Of a DNA stretch of 64,000 nt, positions 1 to 11,651 are shown one piece after another (the first letter of the stretch is position 1; each line of letters begins with the position of its first letter). The DNA comes from Plasmodiophora brassicae. Lineage: Eukaryota. The position numbers and the translations under genes are program-made. The DNA lies in the NCBI GenBank assembly GCA_036867785.1, contig CP145425.1, positions 496,001 through 560,000 of the forward strand, read 5' to 3'. Below the pieces are notes generated by a model. That model ran no database searches, was not told the origin of the DNA, and saw nothing but the letters and a program-made list of their open reading frames with translations.

Positions 1-154
1 CCGCGCGACTAAATTCAAACGACCTCGGCGCGATGCTGTCATCAGTTCGAACCCGAAACTGTCCAGACGCCGTCATGGCGGGCATAAAGCCGCGCGGCAC
101 CCTGCTGGGCGCCACGATCACCACAGGCTGCAGCGTCGTCGCCGCCGCCGCCAT
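1..154 (-). CDS. 5' end of a gene running off the window (MAAAATTLQPVVIVAPSRVPRG...RSFEFSRA); product uncertain
   Basis: ATG at 154 and an open frame to the window edge. The RSFEFSRA segment weakly resembles kinesin-motor N-terminal F.FD.VF motifs but is too short to call. Confidence 0.3.
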   Translation of the reverse strand, partial: MAAAATTLQPVVIVAPSRVPRGFMPAMTASGQFRVRTDDSIAPRSFEFSRA

Positions 155-283
155 GTCGCGACCTTCTCGCGTGTGGGCCCCCCAAAATCACAATGAACGC
201 ATGCCTCCGGGTCGTAGCTCCTGCACGAGCGACACGCAACGCGACGCGCGCGCTGTAAACTGTCAATCGACTGTGTGCTGTAA

Positions 284-2625
284 TCAGAGACGGCCTTGGA
301 ATAGTTCCTCGGACCACGGCGGGAACTGCCGCTTGTACAGGTTCATGCCGATCGTGTCGTTGTACTTGGGGAACCCGTTGAACGAGCACTTGAAGTACCC
401 GTGCGTGCCGAGCGGCTCGTCGATCTGGCCGACCAGGCCGCCCTTCGTCGTCAGCGGCACCGGCTTGAACCACCGGATATCGTCCTGGTTGACAGCAGAG
501 CACCGTTAATACAGACATGCGACGACGCGTCGAGACGAACGTACCGGACGGAAGAACATGTACCGGACAACGGCACGGCGCTTGTGGATCCGGATCGGGT
601 AGCCGGTCAGCACGATACGCTTGATGTTCAGTCGGTTCGGATCGCAGCCGAACGTTGTCCCGGTGGCGATCAACCTCGCTTTCGGGCTGTCTTCGAACAT
701 CAGCACGGGAGCGGTGCCGAACATGACTCGCGCGTACGCCGATGCAATTGCATACCGGTTCGCGTGCAGGAACCGCTCGATACGATGCTTGTCGGCGCTG
801 GGTGAATCATCGGAGTAGACGGGCCTTGCAGGGAACCTTCTGAACCCGACTGATAACACGACGGGCTCCTTGGACTTGACGGGTTTATCGTAGCCCGTTG
901 TTCGGCGAACCTTGTAATGTGTTACGGAGACCTGTCTTTCATGCTGGTACAGCATCGAGACGATCAGCGGCGATGCCGAGGCCATGGACGCGGCCAATTC
1001 GCCAGCGCCCGCGATGCGGATCCGAACGTAGGAACCGGGTACGGGGCCGGCTGCCTCGCACGCTTCCAGCATCACCCGACGCTGAGTTGCCTCGAATGAC
1101 TGGAACCTGACGATGTGGCCGTACTCCAGCGGAAGGTTCTCCATTGGATCCCAGGAGGACCCAACGAACTGTTTCAGGCCACGGTACTTCTGGAACCGGT
1201 CCCTCGCGCTCTGGTCCAGGGGAACGTCGACCTCGTCCGGAAATTCCAGCTCATCGCGTTCCATACGAAATTTCTGTGCCAACGACATGTGATCAGCACC
1301 TTCGTCCGCCATATCGACTGCTTCGTGTTCGTCCTGTACAAAGTAAGCGATCTGTACGGTAACAGCGACGACGTCGCGTACCTCGTCGTTATCGGAACCG
1401 GACATGATGGACTCCCAGGCCGCCTGCGTTTCTGACAGGCCACGACGCATCAGCTGTTCCTGACGTTCAGCAAGAGCGGCGACTTCGTCGCCTTCTTGCA
1501 TCTCCTCCTCGGTGATCAGCGACTGCTCCCTCGCCAGCGGGTCCAATTCAGCCAGGCCGACCAGCGACGCACGACGCGACGGGTCCGCATTGAACATGGT
1601 CTCGTCGTCACACATATCCGACCCGTTCTTGGTTGCCACTTCGATGCAATCGACCTGAAAGTCGCCGAACCCGGTAACATGGACCTGTGACATATTAGTG
1701 GTGCCCCAACAGCGGAGGCAATGAAACGTACAAGAGCGTTCGGGGACCACGGGCAATCCATTCCACGAATGAAGCCACACACGTCAACCTCTCCAGTCGC
1801 CGAGACGGTAACGTTGTCCACGAGGATGTAAGGGCGCGACTGTCGCCAAATGATGTCACGAAGACGCGCGTTATCGATGGCGCGTATCATATCGCCGCAT
1901 TCTTCAGGCAGGTCAGCAGACAAAATTCGGATGGGTTTGACGGCGATCAGCGTCTGGAGGTATCGTTGTGACGTTCGCCGGACGAGCGGGACATGCTTGG
2001 CGGGCACAGAGGCAACCAATCCTTGATGGAGGACGACAAGTGCAGGCATGCCTTGCGCTTTGATCATTCGAATGATGGATTCACCATGCTCGTCGACGCC
2101 GAACATTTCGTTGGTGTCCGCTTGAGAGTACCGTGGCGTCGTAACGAGGACAAGAACGTCAGCAACCTTAGCGACGTCAAGCGCCGAGCATGTCGATTGC
2201 GGTTGAGCGTCTACGAACGTGACACGAACAGATTTCTTGGCACCAGGCGCAGTCATCTGCAGCGATATAGGCCCGTCTCGGATGAGAAGATCGGGACTCG
2301 AACGGCAGGCCGTCAGCATGAGATTTCGAGCAGCACGAGCGTCTGCCTCAAAATGGCACGGTATGAACCCGACAATCTTAGGCGGTTCCTCGTTTCCATG
2401 CCCAAGACGCTGACGTTCTTTTGCGATGGCAGTCTTCTGCTGCCGTAATTGCCGCAGAGTGTTTAAGCGCTGCGCGCGCGGCACGCTGCTCAAGGCATTG
2501 ACGGATCCCACGGTGTGGTCGATTCGGCCTTTGACGCTGCGCTTAGCCTTGCCTTTGGACTTTCCCTTGAACGGCTTCGGGCCATCGAATTCTTTACGAT
2601 GATGGTGCTGGGAATCGGTCCCCAT
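284..2625 (-). CDS. TSR1: Pre-rRNA-processing protein TSR1 (Bms1/Tsr1 family, 40S biogenesis), multi-exon
   Basis: Motifs ALDVAKVAD, WRQSRPYIL, FPDEVDVPLDQSARDRFQKYRGLK, WDPMENLP, KRIVLTGYPIRIHKRRAVVRYMFF and DIRWFKPVPL..GTHGYFKCSF..MNLYKRQFP across ORFs 1516-2745, 506-1780 and a last exon ending TGA at 284. ATG of MGTDSQHHH at 2625. Confidence 0.93.
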
Positions 2626-2645
2626 GGTAACGTTTGATTGATCCC

Positions 2646-2666
2646 CGGACTCCGTGGCGGACTCCG
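2646..2666. promoter_or_regulatory. 21-bp motif CGGACTCCGTGGCGGACTCCG just upstream of the TSR1 start; identical copy at 4529-4549
   Basis: Exact 21-bp match at two promoter-proximal sites, built from a 12-bp unit GTGGCGGACTCC. A regulatory function is inferred. Confidence 0.4.
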
Positions 2667-3299
2667 AAGACACGCGCGGACTGTTCACAGATCTGTGAAT
2701 GCGCTTTATGACTTGACATGCTTGTTGTTGTTGATATTCATACAAGCAGAACGGTGAAAAATGTCAGCAGTGCCTCCTCGTCACAACGGTAAGCCCCGCA
2801 GCTCGCTGTTATGGTTACTCCTGTCGGCATAACCATATACCATGGCCTCGTGCTGGGATGTTTCAACAATATGTATTTCCTCAATTTGCCCTCGTCACCG
2901 GGAGGCGTTGCCCTTGCGCGCTAACTATGCACCAGCGCTACGTGGGCCGTATATCGTCATCTACTTGATTGTCGATCTCGGTTGTTGAAACTGCCCGATA
3001 TGTATTCTACAATATGTTCCGTGCTTCTTTCTTCTTGGCACGGTTCGTCCGGTCAAGTAGGAAACGGTAACCATTTACAGTGACGACATCCGATGCTGTT
3101 GCAGAGTACGGAAAGCGCAAGAAAACTAAGGTTGTCGACGACATTTCCTTGAAAGTGTGGACTCTACACAAACGCAGAGAATCCGATTGGCTCCGGTGGC
3201 GTTGTTTGGCATGCAGGTATTATCACATGATTATTAACGATGTGTATGTCTGTGATGTTATGTGAGCGCACTGATCGATGAATGATGAGCGTATCCTCT

Positions 3300-3578
3300 C
3301 TACAGGGCATAATATGCAGAACTGGCAATCAGCACAAGTACAGCAGTAACAACCGCTCGTTGTTTGACTTCGTGACTGGTCAGCCTGGCGAGTTTAGCGT
3401 CGTCCTGTCGCTTTCCAAAGGTTGTCGTCATGTCTTGCGAAGTGGATGCCGACCGCCGTGCAGCTGCGGTTATGGATTCGTGGAACTTGTCGGCACAGCG
3501 GTGGCATTTGCACTGCAGACTGTTGTACGCGACGCCACTGAACATGCCCAGAATCCATACGGTTATAAACGACGCCAT
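3300..3578 (-). CDS. Small hypothetical protein with hydrophobic N- and C-termini
   Basis: 92-aa ORF MASFITVWILGMFSGVAY...AVVTAVLVLIASSAYYAL; no recognisable family. Confidence 0.3.
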   Translation of the reverse strand: MASFITVWILGMFSGVAYNSLQCKCHRCADKFHESITAAARRSASTSQDMTTTFGKRQDDAKLARLTSHEVKQRAVVTAVLVLIASSAYYAL

Positions 3579-3861
3579 ACGCCAGTGACGATTGGTAAAC
3601 GCCGACTAGACCACACTACGAAGAGGTTGTTCTTCCACAGAGCGAAGTCGCTGACAGTCCCCGCGCCAGGGAATCCCCGTTGTTCTCGAAAAATCGGGAA
3701 GGGCATCCGATCCGGTAGTGGCTCCATCTATGGACCCTCGCACGGCGGCCGTCCGCCGTTTCCCGACCCGTTGGTTCCTGCGATTGCTATACTCTGCGAT
3801 TGCTATCAGACGCGGAAGTTCGACGGCGGACTCCACGATTTAGAACACAGAGGGAGGGCTT

Positions 3862-4353
3862 TCAAGTACGAGAGCAGGTAAACAGGCACTTGAGAATTCT
3901 CTTCATCGCGCCGGGCCGTTTCATCAACCCTGGGGAATGCACCGGCGTCCTTGGGCGAATGATCAAAGTCTGCTCGGAGTGACAGTTCGCGCATCGGTCG
4001 ACGGTTGGCGAAAGTTGGTGCTCAGGTGTTGCCGGGGACCTAGACCGCCATGGATATGGCACGCCATCGACATATGACCAGCGAAGCAGCGTTTCCGTGC
4101 CGTCAATATTGCCTACGGACGCCGCCGGCTTGTCTTTGACGACCCAGAAGGTCGATTCTCCCTGCTCCTCGTCCCTCGTGACCCAACGGCAACTCGTGTC
4201 GACATCATTATCCTCGGCAACGTCCACCGGTACGGCGAAGGCTTGATGACAACTGGGCATAGCCCGACCAGCGCCGTCCCAACCCGCGCCTGTGGCGGAC
4301 GCAGCGGGCGCCACAACAGGCAGAATAAATGCAATCCATGTCATTAATCGCAT
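3862..4353 (-). CDS. Hypothetical, possibly secreted protein
   Basis: ORF with a signal-peptide-like start MRLMTWIAFILPVVAPAASA; no recognisable domain. Confidence 0.35.
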   Translation of the reverse strand: MRLMTWIAFILPVVAPAASATGAGWDGAGRAMPSCHQAFAVPVDVAEDNDVDTSCRWVTRDEEQGESTFWVVKDKPAASVGNIDGTETLLRWSYVDGVPYPWRSRSPATPEHQLSPTVDRCANCHSEQTLIIRPRTPVHSPGLMKRPGAMKRILKCLFTCSRT

Positions 4354-4528
4354 GATTTGACGGTGCGTATACCTCTTACGATCCCACAACCTGACCGATC
4401 CCGAGTCGCATGTAGCGCCCGGGGTAATTGGCGAAGCAAGCCGATGCCCGTCCAGTTGTAACGATGATGATGGATGGGGTTATTTTTGCCTTGGGGGCGG
4501 GCGTGCACTTCAAAAACCATGCAAGTGG

Positions 4529-4549
4529 CGGACTCCGTGGCGGACTCCG
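4529..4549. promoter_or_regulatory. Second copy of the 21-bp motif, ending 9 bp before the PDCD2 ATG
   Basis: GTGGCGGACTCC-GTGGCGGACTCC-GTG at 4525-4551; ATG at 4558. Confidence 0.4.
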
Positions 4550-4557
4550 TGAACAAA

Positions 4558-5802
4558 ATGAGCGACGACGAGTCAGATGTCGGTAGTGAACGGCTAGAGG
4601 GTCACGATGTTGACCCCGTTGTAATCGGGTTCGCTCAACAGCCCAAGTCGCAATCGGATCTGTATCGTCATCGATTTCCCAGTAAAGTCGGTGGCAAACC
4701 GGCCTGGTTGAACCCGTGTCATTTGCCGAACCCAGCCCAACTCCAGTGCGGCCAATGCAACAGGCCGTTGAAGTTCCTAGCGCAGATATACGCGCCACTG
4801 GATTCGTCAAAGAACACGTTTCACCGATCCCTGTTTATTTTCTGCTGCACCGATCCATCGTGTTCCGAAAGCACTCAAAGGTGGGTACTACTACTGTCAT
4901 GCTCTTCAGTAACTGTGGCTGATTCGGCAACCTTCTCGTAGCGTTCGTGTCTTCCGTTCCCAGCTTCCACGGTTCAATCCATTTTATTCGTCCGATCCCG
5001 TGTATCTGGACGATGACGAACCATATAAAGGCGGTACGTTGTTCCCGTCCTAACAGGCTGCCTATTACTTTCCTAACCTGTGTCGTTTTCAGTGAGTCTG
5101 TGTGCGGTTTGTGGATGCCTCGCTCCTCAAAGGTGTGGAAAGTGCCACCAACGCCCATACTGCAGCCGAGAACACCAAGTAGATGATTGGCGTAACGGTC
5201 ATAATGTAACGTGCGGCAACGCGACCGTCAGTCCAGCATCAGTACCCCCTTCCACGTTTCCTGAACTGGAGATCGCCAACGAAGACGAAGACGAGTCTGA
5301 TCCGGCGCAGTTCTCACAACGTGAACAAGGTACTGGCACTGACGTGCTTCTAGTGGGCACAAGGACTGACGCTGTTGATCCAGAACTTTTGGATCAGTAT
5401 GAAGCTGAGGTCAAGAAGTACAACGATGCAGATCGCGCTGAACACGATGAATTTTCTATCAAGAACGCTGCCAGCGTAGACGACGACTTCGTCGGATTCC
5501 AGAATCGTATCAGGCGGGCACCATCCCAGTGTTTCCGGTATCATCGTGGCCACGCCCCGCTCTGGGTCCACAGCGTCGGCAAGCTACCAGATCAGCAACA
5601 ATCCGCAATGGTGTGCCGAGACTGCCAAGGCCCCGTTGTCTTCGAACTTCAGGTCATGCCGCAACTACTCAACGTGCTGGGTGACGATTCTCTGGACTGG
5701 GGAACCATTGCGATCTGGACGTGCGAGTCGAGCTGCGGGTCGGGCCTGGACGGTTACGTCGAAGAGCACGTCTGGAGACAACCTCCAGCGGCACCCATGT
5801 AA
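4558..5802 (+). CDS. PDCD2: Programmed cell death protein 2 (PDCD2/TSR4; uS5 chaperone), zf-MYND + PDCD2_C
   Basis: FPSKVGGKPAWL, C..C..PLKFLAQIYAP, FHRSLFIFCC, MYND finger CAVCG..C.KC...YCSREHQ..DW..H, FELQVMPQLL, LDWGTIAIWTCESSC, YVEEHVW. Confidence 0.93.
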
Positions 5803-5874
5803 ATGTATCAATCGACCAGTGCAGAATGACGTCGGCGGGAGGGATGGTTCCTGTATATTATGAAACGGTGGCGG

Positions 5875-6279
5875 TTAGTCTGTAGCGATTCGGGCATGGA
5901 ACACGTAAAAGTGGGACTCGTTTTCGTATTTGATGCCGATGGGCCCCCTGTCGCACTCGGCGCAGATCAGGTATCGGAATCCGGAGGCCTCGATCGGGCG
6001 GCTGACGCCAACGTTGTCAAAGTCGAACTGCTGCGCGATCAGCCAGTGCTCGTCGAGTTCTTCAGCGATGACCCGAGCGCCCTGGTCGTCGTCTACCACG
6101 GGAACGTGAGCCGTGATCTAACAACGCCGGTCAGCGCAAGCACCGTGTGCACTGTATGAACACTCGACGACCTTTCGACAGGAGCGTGTCGCTGCGCCGG
6201 GCGGCACGATCGAACACTGACAGTGCCTGCAGGACAGCCGGAACGGATTGCGTTCGCCCTCGGTGGAATCCATCGCCAT
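5875..6279 (-). CDS. MSS4: Mss4/RabIF guanine-nucleotide-free chaperone, 2 exons
   Basis: N.F.LSCRHCQCSI, W.....FDFDNVGVSR, RYLICAECDRGPIG, FYV: the Mss4 zinc-binding pattern. Confidence 0.88.
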
Positions 6280-6339
6280 CCAACGCCAACGTCGCAGTCG
6301 CGCTACGCACTTTGCGTCGGGACCAGCTGGTGGCGATGG

Positions 6340-7332
6340 TCCGACCGATGTTGGTGGAGCGTCGACGCGCCGAGGCACGAAGACGGCAGCGATCACCGAA
6401 GCATTCGCTCAGGTGAAGGATGGAGTCATGGCGGTACTGATCGGCAATCTGCTCAACCGGCGGTGTCGGTACAAGAAGGCCCGTGTCGTGGCGCTGGCGA
6501 AGCCGGTCGGGGAGCGACAGATCCAGGAAGGCCGCCCAAATCCCCTTTGGTCCAGGAGGGCAAGGGGAACTGCGATCAGTTGCTGCCACGGTGGACATCA
6601 TGATCGGTGGTCGACGCATGACGACTCTGCTCAATACGGGTGCTTCGGACCGCTGTTCACACTGATGTCGCATCCCCTTCTTCCACGTCACTGATGTCGG
6701 CATCCGATGGCACCGGTTCGTCCAAGACGACCAACTCTGGGTCAGCCTGGGAGTCCTCGTCTTCTTCGATGTCCCGCTTGGGGCCGACAGCGTGTCGACC
6801 CTGTCTTCATCATCTTCAAGCACCGGTATGATCTGGTCGCAATTGGACGACGCTTCTTCGTGCATGTCCCCGGATTGTTCTACGTACCAGAACACGTCGA
6901 GAACCGTCTCCGGGTTCGGCAGGAAGCCCGTCAACGACTCGTTTTCGCCTAGCTTGTCCCTTGCGTCGACCAGCACGTCGATGAACGACTCGCAGGGCAG
7001 CTGTCGGGCCTGTAACGCACAGACCCTGAACGGCCTTCCTTCGAACGCACGATAGAAGGGCTTCGTGGCGCCACCGTCCCCTCCGTCGCATCATCGTTGG
7101 CTTTCGCCGGCGGCCCCGCCAACCGGTTCCTGACCGTCTCCTTAATCGCTTGGGCATTCAGCCCGACCGCGTCGGCCGCTTCGGACCTCGCCAGGGTCAC
7201 GTCCAGCGTTGTCTGGATCTTCAGCATGTCCTCAACCTTGCAACTGGTGGTATGCGCACCTGCGTCATCACCACCCTTCTCGGTCAGCATCTTTCTACAC
7301 GAACTGCTGTTGCGGTTTCGTGTGCTGGACAC
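6340..7332. mobile_element. Scrambled, degenerate LTR-retrotransposon (Ty3/gypsy-like) remnant
   Basis: + strand: protease-like VDIMIGGRRMTTLLNTGAS (LLDTGAS with D>N) and pol-spacer-like AFAQVKDGVMAVLIGNLLNRRCRYKKARVVALAKPV. - strand: frameshifted gag-like ORF 6700-7332. 6350-6520 is homologous to both arms of the 19-20.5 kb palindrome. Confidence 0.55.
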
Positions 7333-8336
7333 GTGATCCGGGGATAGCTCTTGGTAGCCTCATACTAGCAGCGGAAACAGAAGGTCTGTGTTTATGTGAG
7401 GTTAGTAGCGGCGCGTAATGCGTATCCAAAGTGATCCCCGGATCATGTGCTCAGCGCATGTCATTGTGGCTGCATCGATAGCACGCTCCGGTTTCTATCT
7501 TGTTTTGTCCGCGTTGTTCCACAAAGTGTAGAAAGGGCACCTGGCAAATCCGGCGCGCCACGTGACGCGTAAATCGAATGTGAGCCCGCGTAGACGACGA
7601 TGGCAATGACGTCTTCTCGTCGCCGAATCTCCAACAGCAAGACGACTGAACAAGTTGCGATGGGTGCGGTGGCAGCCGACGAGGTCGTTGGTTCGCTCAA
7701 GATTGGGGAACCCATCGCAACGGCTTGGATAAATGCTCGCAGCCCCACTGGACTGGACGTTCGTGCGGGCAATGCGGTCCTGAGTTAGACTAAGCACAAC
7801 GACCCCGTGCGTGTTTGATGGAATGCTCCAGCGTACAGGGGACATTGCAAAAGCAATGTTGCACGCTTTCGACCGGGCGACCGATGTGGAGCGATCGTCC
7901 GGAGATACCAGGTGCGTGGTCTCCTCTGTTCCCGCGTGTTGAACTCGCAACTAAAATAGAACACGTCGGTGTCCCAACCCACTGGACCAAATTGACCAAA
8001 GTAAACAAGTAGTGTTTGCTGACTAGAATAATGAATAACGAGGCCATCTTCGGTACTGGGTCCGTTTGTCCAATTAAATGATTCTGAGGCTGGGGCTCCT
8101 TTCCTCGATCTGGCTCTTAGAATGGCGGGCCCCGATCGGAACGAGTGCCTTGAACGATTGGGTTTACTCGCGCTTTTCACGCGGGCGGCGCCTCGGTCCC
8201 GGTTCTGGGGACCGTACGTTCAGCCAGCAGAACGCCCAGAGCGATTGACACAGGATCGAACGTCGTGCTGTCGTTTCTGTACGCCATCGGACGGCGGCAG
8301 TCTACTACCAAACCAACTGGTTACGGTCCCACTAAT

Positions 8337-8351
8337 CCTCGAGAATGTTCC
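8337..8351 (+). promoter_or_regulatory. Candidate heat-shock element upstream of DnaJ
   Basis: cCTCg-aGAAt-gTTCc: three alternating nGAAn-type pentamers (one mismatch) about 110 bp before the ATG of an Hsp40 gene. Confidence 0.45.
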
Positions 8352-8457
8352 ACAGGTTTTTTGGGCGTTTCGGGGGAACTGCCCTACGGACTTTCAGGAC
8401 CATCCGTTCAACGTTCTTCGAAATCGGTGCACGTCACCACGTGTAGCACAGGTGCCC

Positions 8458-9823
8458 ATGGGCAAGGATTACTACAAGATCCTCGGCGTCAATCGAGACG
8501 CATCCGAGGATGAAATCAAGAAGGCGTATAGGAAGCAGGCCATGATCTGGCATCCGGATAAGGTACGAGTCGCTGTGCGCGCCCTCACTCGACTTCAATC
8601 GCCTTTCTGACATCATGTGCTGTGTTAGAACGCGGATAAACCCGAAGTGGTAGGCATGGATACATTATCCAGTTCTTGGAACCGCTTTGTGATTTACAGC
8701 ACGTTAGGCCAAACAAAAGTTTCAGGACATTGCAGAGGCCTTCGAAGTCCTTCACGATAAGGATAAGAGGGCTGTCTTTGATCGTTACGGTGAAGAGGGC
8801 CTTAAACAGGCACGTAGAATTCGAAGCCGGTCATACATCGTTGACAGCAAACTGATCATGAGCTGTGTTGCAGGGCATCCCCGATGGTACGGGCGGCCAA
8901 ACTGGCGGTTATACGTTCCGGGGCAACCCGCAGGACATCTTCGAACAGTTCTTTGCCGGGTTTGGCGGCGGCGGCGGCCTCGACGATATATTCATGCATG
9001 GAGGCATGGGTGGACCTAGAGGGTAACATCGCTGTTGTCGTCGCTGTTCGTGTACGGTAACATATAGTGACTAGGCGGGCTGGCAGTGGTGGTATGCCCG
9101 GGTTTGGCGGATTTGGTGGCAGTGGATTCGGCGGCTCGCCGTTCGGTGCTCGTGCTGCGCCATCTAAGCCCGAACCTCACGTCACTCAGGTGCCCGTGTC
9201 CCTTGAAGACCTGTACACTGGATTCAGCAAGAAGCTTGCCGTGACGAGGAAGCGCCCTACACCGGACGGGCGCGGTGTTCGAGACGACAAGACCGTCTTG
9301 ATCATCGATGGGCAGAAAGGATGGAAATCTGGCACCAAGGTTACGTTCGAGAACGAAGGTGATCAGTTCCCCGGTACGGAAGCCGGTGACCTCACCTTCG
9401 TCATCACTGAGAAGCCACATATGCGGTTCAAGCGCGACGGTATACCGCGGCAGGTTGCACCTGTAGGAGATATCTCATCTACGTTGCACAGGCAATACGT
9501 TGATATATCGTGCTGCGATCTCGCTTCGCGACGCCCTTTGCGGAGCGAACATTGAAATTATAACCCTTGACGGGCGAACGATTAAGGTACGCCGGCCTGC
9601 TTACGTTATCCCGTATCATCTCTGAGAACGGCTATTTCGCCAGCTTAACACTGCTGATTCCGTACTGTCACCGACGTCTGTAAAGTACATCAAAGGCGAA
9701 GGGATGCCGATGTCACGGAGCCCGACCGAGAAGGGCGACATGAAAGTCGAGTTCGATATCAAGTTCCCAAAGACGCTCCCCGATGCCACCAAGGCCCAAT
9801 TACATGGTCTCTTGCCTGCATAA
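8458..9823 (+). CDS. Class II J-domain co-chaperone (DNAJB/Sis1 family), multi-exon with a 21-nt micro-exon
   Basis: [34 protein letters not shown]...[12 protein letters not shown]-rich region, [36 protein letters not shown]; stop TAA at 9821-9823. Confidence 0.95.
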
Positions 9824-10055
9824 ACCCGACCGGCGCTCTTGAGTCGAATACAGACGGTCTTTGATGTATTGGAGCTCACCAACCAGATTGCGGTGGTTGG
9901 GCACTAGCACGTGAACGTTAACAAGGCCGCGTCATTGAGCGCATCTCTGCCCACGTGGTTAGTTGATGAGTCGGTACGTGCGGCCACGCTTAATACAGGC
10001 TGCCATTAGTTCGCAACGGGATCGGATCAAGCGTACGCATTGGATTCGCTGAGGC

Positions 10056-11046
10056 ATGCAACCACTGTCGCGTCGCCTGTCAGCTCTGACGTTGAGCACC
10101 GGTGATGATACGGCAGCAGCTGCCGGTCCTGGCACGACCATCCCCGTAGCAGCGTCGCCGACCAGACGCCGTCTGTCTGTGACAGGCCTTCTTCTCGACG
10201 GCACCGTTGGGCTTTACAGACCGGTTCATTGCGATGGCTGACGCGACCGTCCTATCAGGGTGGCGAAGCGCTCAACAAACCGCAAGGCAGCGGCCTGACC
10301 GATGCGGTCCCGCTGCTGTCGTCTAGTTCCAGCCATTATCGCCGAAGAAGCAGGTTGGGGAACTTCAGTATGGAACCGTCTCCACTATGGGCTCAGTTCG
10401 ATGTCCCATGAAGCATCGCTCTGTCGATCGAGGAACTGAGGGATCCTGCCGTCAGCGCCTTGGTCGCGGCCGACGAGTTATCGCGTGTCCTGCCGCGCAC
10501 CATCGTCGTTCTCCAGGAGCGCTTATCCGGTGGGTGGGACGCGGGCCATTCGCTGTCGATACGTGCGGCTAACCGTTCGGGATGACCCTGCAGCGTTGCG
10601 CATCAGGATCAACAACAACATCTTCGGGCGTCACAATCGGGCTCTGCTTCGTCAGCTGACACGTAAGGATGGCCGCTAACAGCTGCCAGCGCAAGCCCTA
10701 ACGTCGTTCCCTGGTAGGCGTTTGGAAGGATTTGTCACGAACCGTTTACGTTATACGGCAAGAGACGCGACGAGCGCACCGCGAGGCAGAGGAAGGAATT
10801 GAAGATACCGTCGAAGCCCCAACAACGATCAGCGAAGCGATCTCGGTCATCCTCGGTTTGCTTTACAAGGTGACCGAGACCTTCCGCGAACTGGATCGTG
10901 CCGTCAAAGGTGAGTTCACGCTGGTCCCAAAGACCATCGCTCTCAACAAGGACAACGTGCTGTCCGTCCACGCGCTCCTGACCGACGCCCTTGATGCATT
11001 CGATGAGGCCACCCGAGTTGTCTCTCACACTGCATCGTCGAAATAG
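10056..11046 (+). CDS. Hypothetical multi-exon protein with a helical C-terminus
   Basis: Coding-like segments at 10056-10200, ~10580-10660 and 10732-11046 separated by GT..AG; no family recognised. Confidence 0.4.
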
Positions 11047-11651
11047 ACGTCGCCGCGGCGCCATTTCTGATCTGCTGCTGCAACATCAATACAGTCGTCA
11101 ACCGTATACGTTGGACAAGGCGTGATGGCGAACCGGATATCCTTGTAGCGCACGGTTCTACTCGTGCGGCATCTCCTCGACGCCCTTATCAGATGATGGT
11201 CCCCATGGAAGTTGAGTTCCACCGTCCAACCCCAACAATGGCGGTAGGCCCAGGTATACAGCAGACGCCAGAACTGTGGTCGATATAGGTGCCGATAGCA
11301 CCCCAGAGCAGCCCACGCCAACGGACCTCGTTTGCCACATCCCTGAAGACGACAACCGTCCCTGCACGGCCTTGTACATCAACAATTTCACCTGGTTGCG
11401 TTACTGCTCCTCCACTGTTCCAGGCACCCGGACTGGCATTGCCATCGCAGAGGCACGGCCGTTCAGAAATCCTGCCAACAAGACATGCAGTAACTCTCGC
11501 CTTGTCCACATGGACATCGACCACAAGTACGGCTCGGCAGGCCCCCGGCGGGCCGTGTTCGCGAAGGCAGACGGGACAGCGCCTGTTTGCCCTGGGAAGT
11601 TCGAATACAGTGGCGGCTGTTGGTCCGTGGTCCGGTCGGTGGTGGGTGACG

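Noticed and set aside
2700-3270. Possible small spliced + strand gene starting at ATG 2761
   Set aside because: A GTAAG donor is present but I could not build a convincing exon chain or recognise a product
7400-8330. Several 60-150 aa ORFs between the retroelement remnant and DnaJ
   Set aside because: No motifs or consistent coding bias; cannot support a gene
11025-11600. Overlapping short ORFs upstream of ATG6
   Set aside because: No recognisable domain; strand and frame are ambiguous
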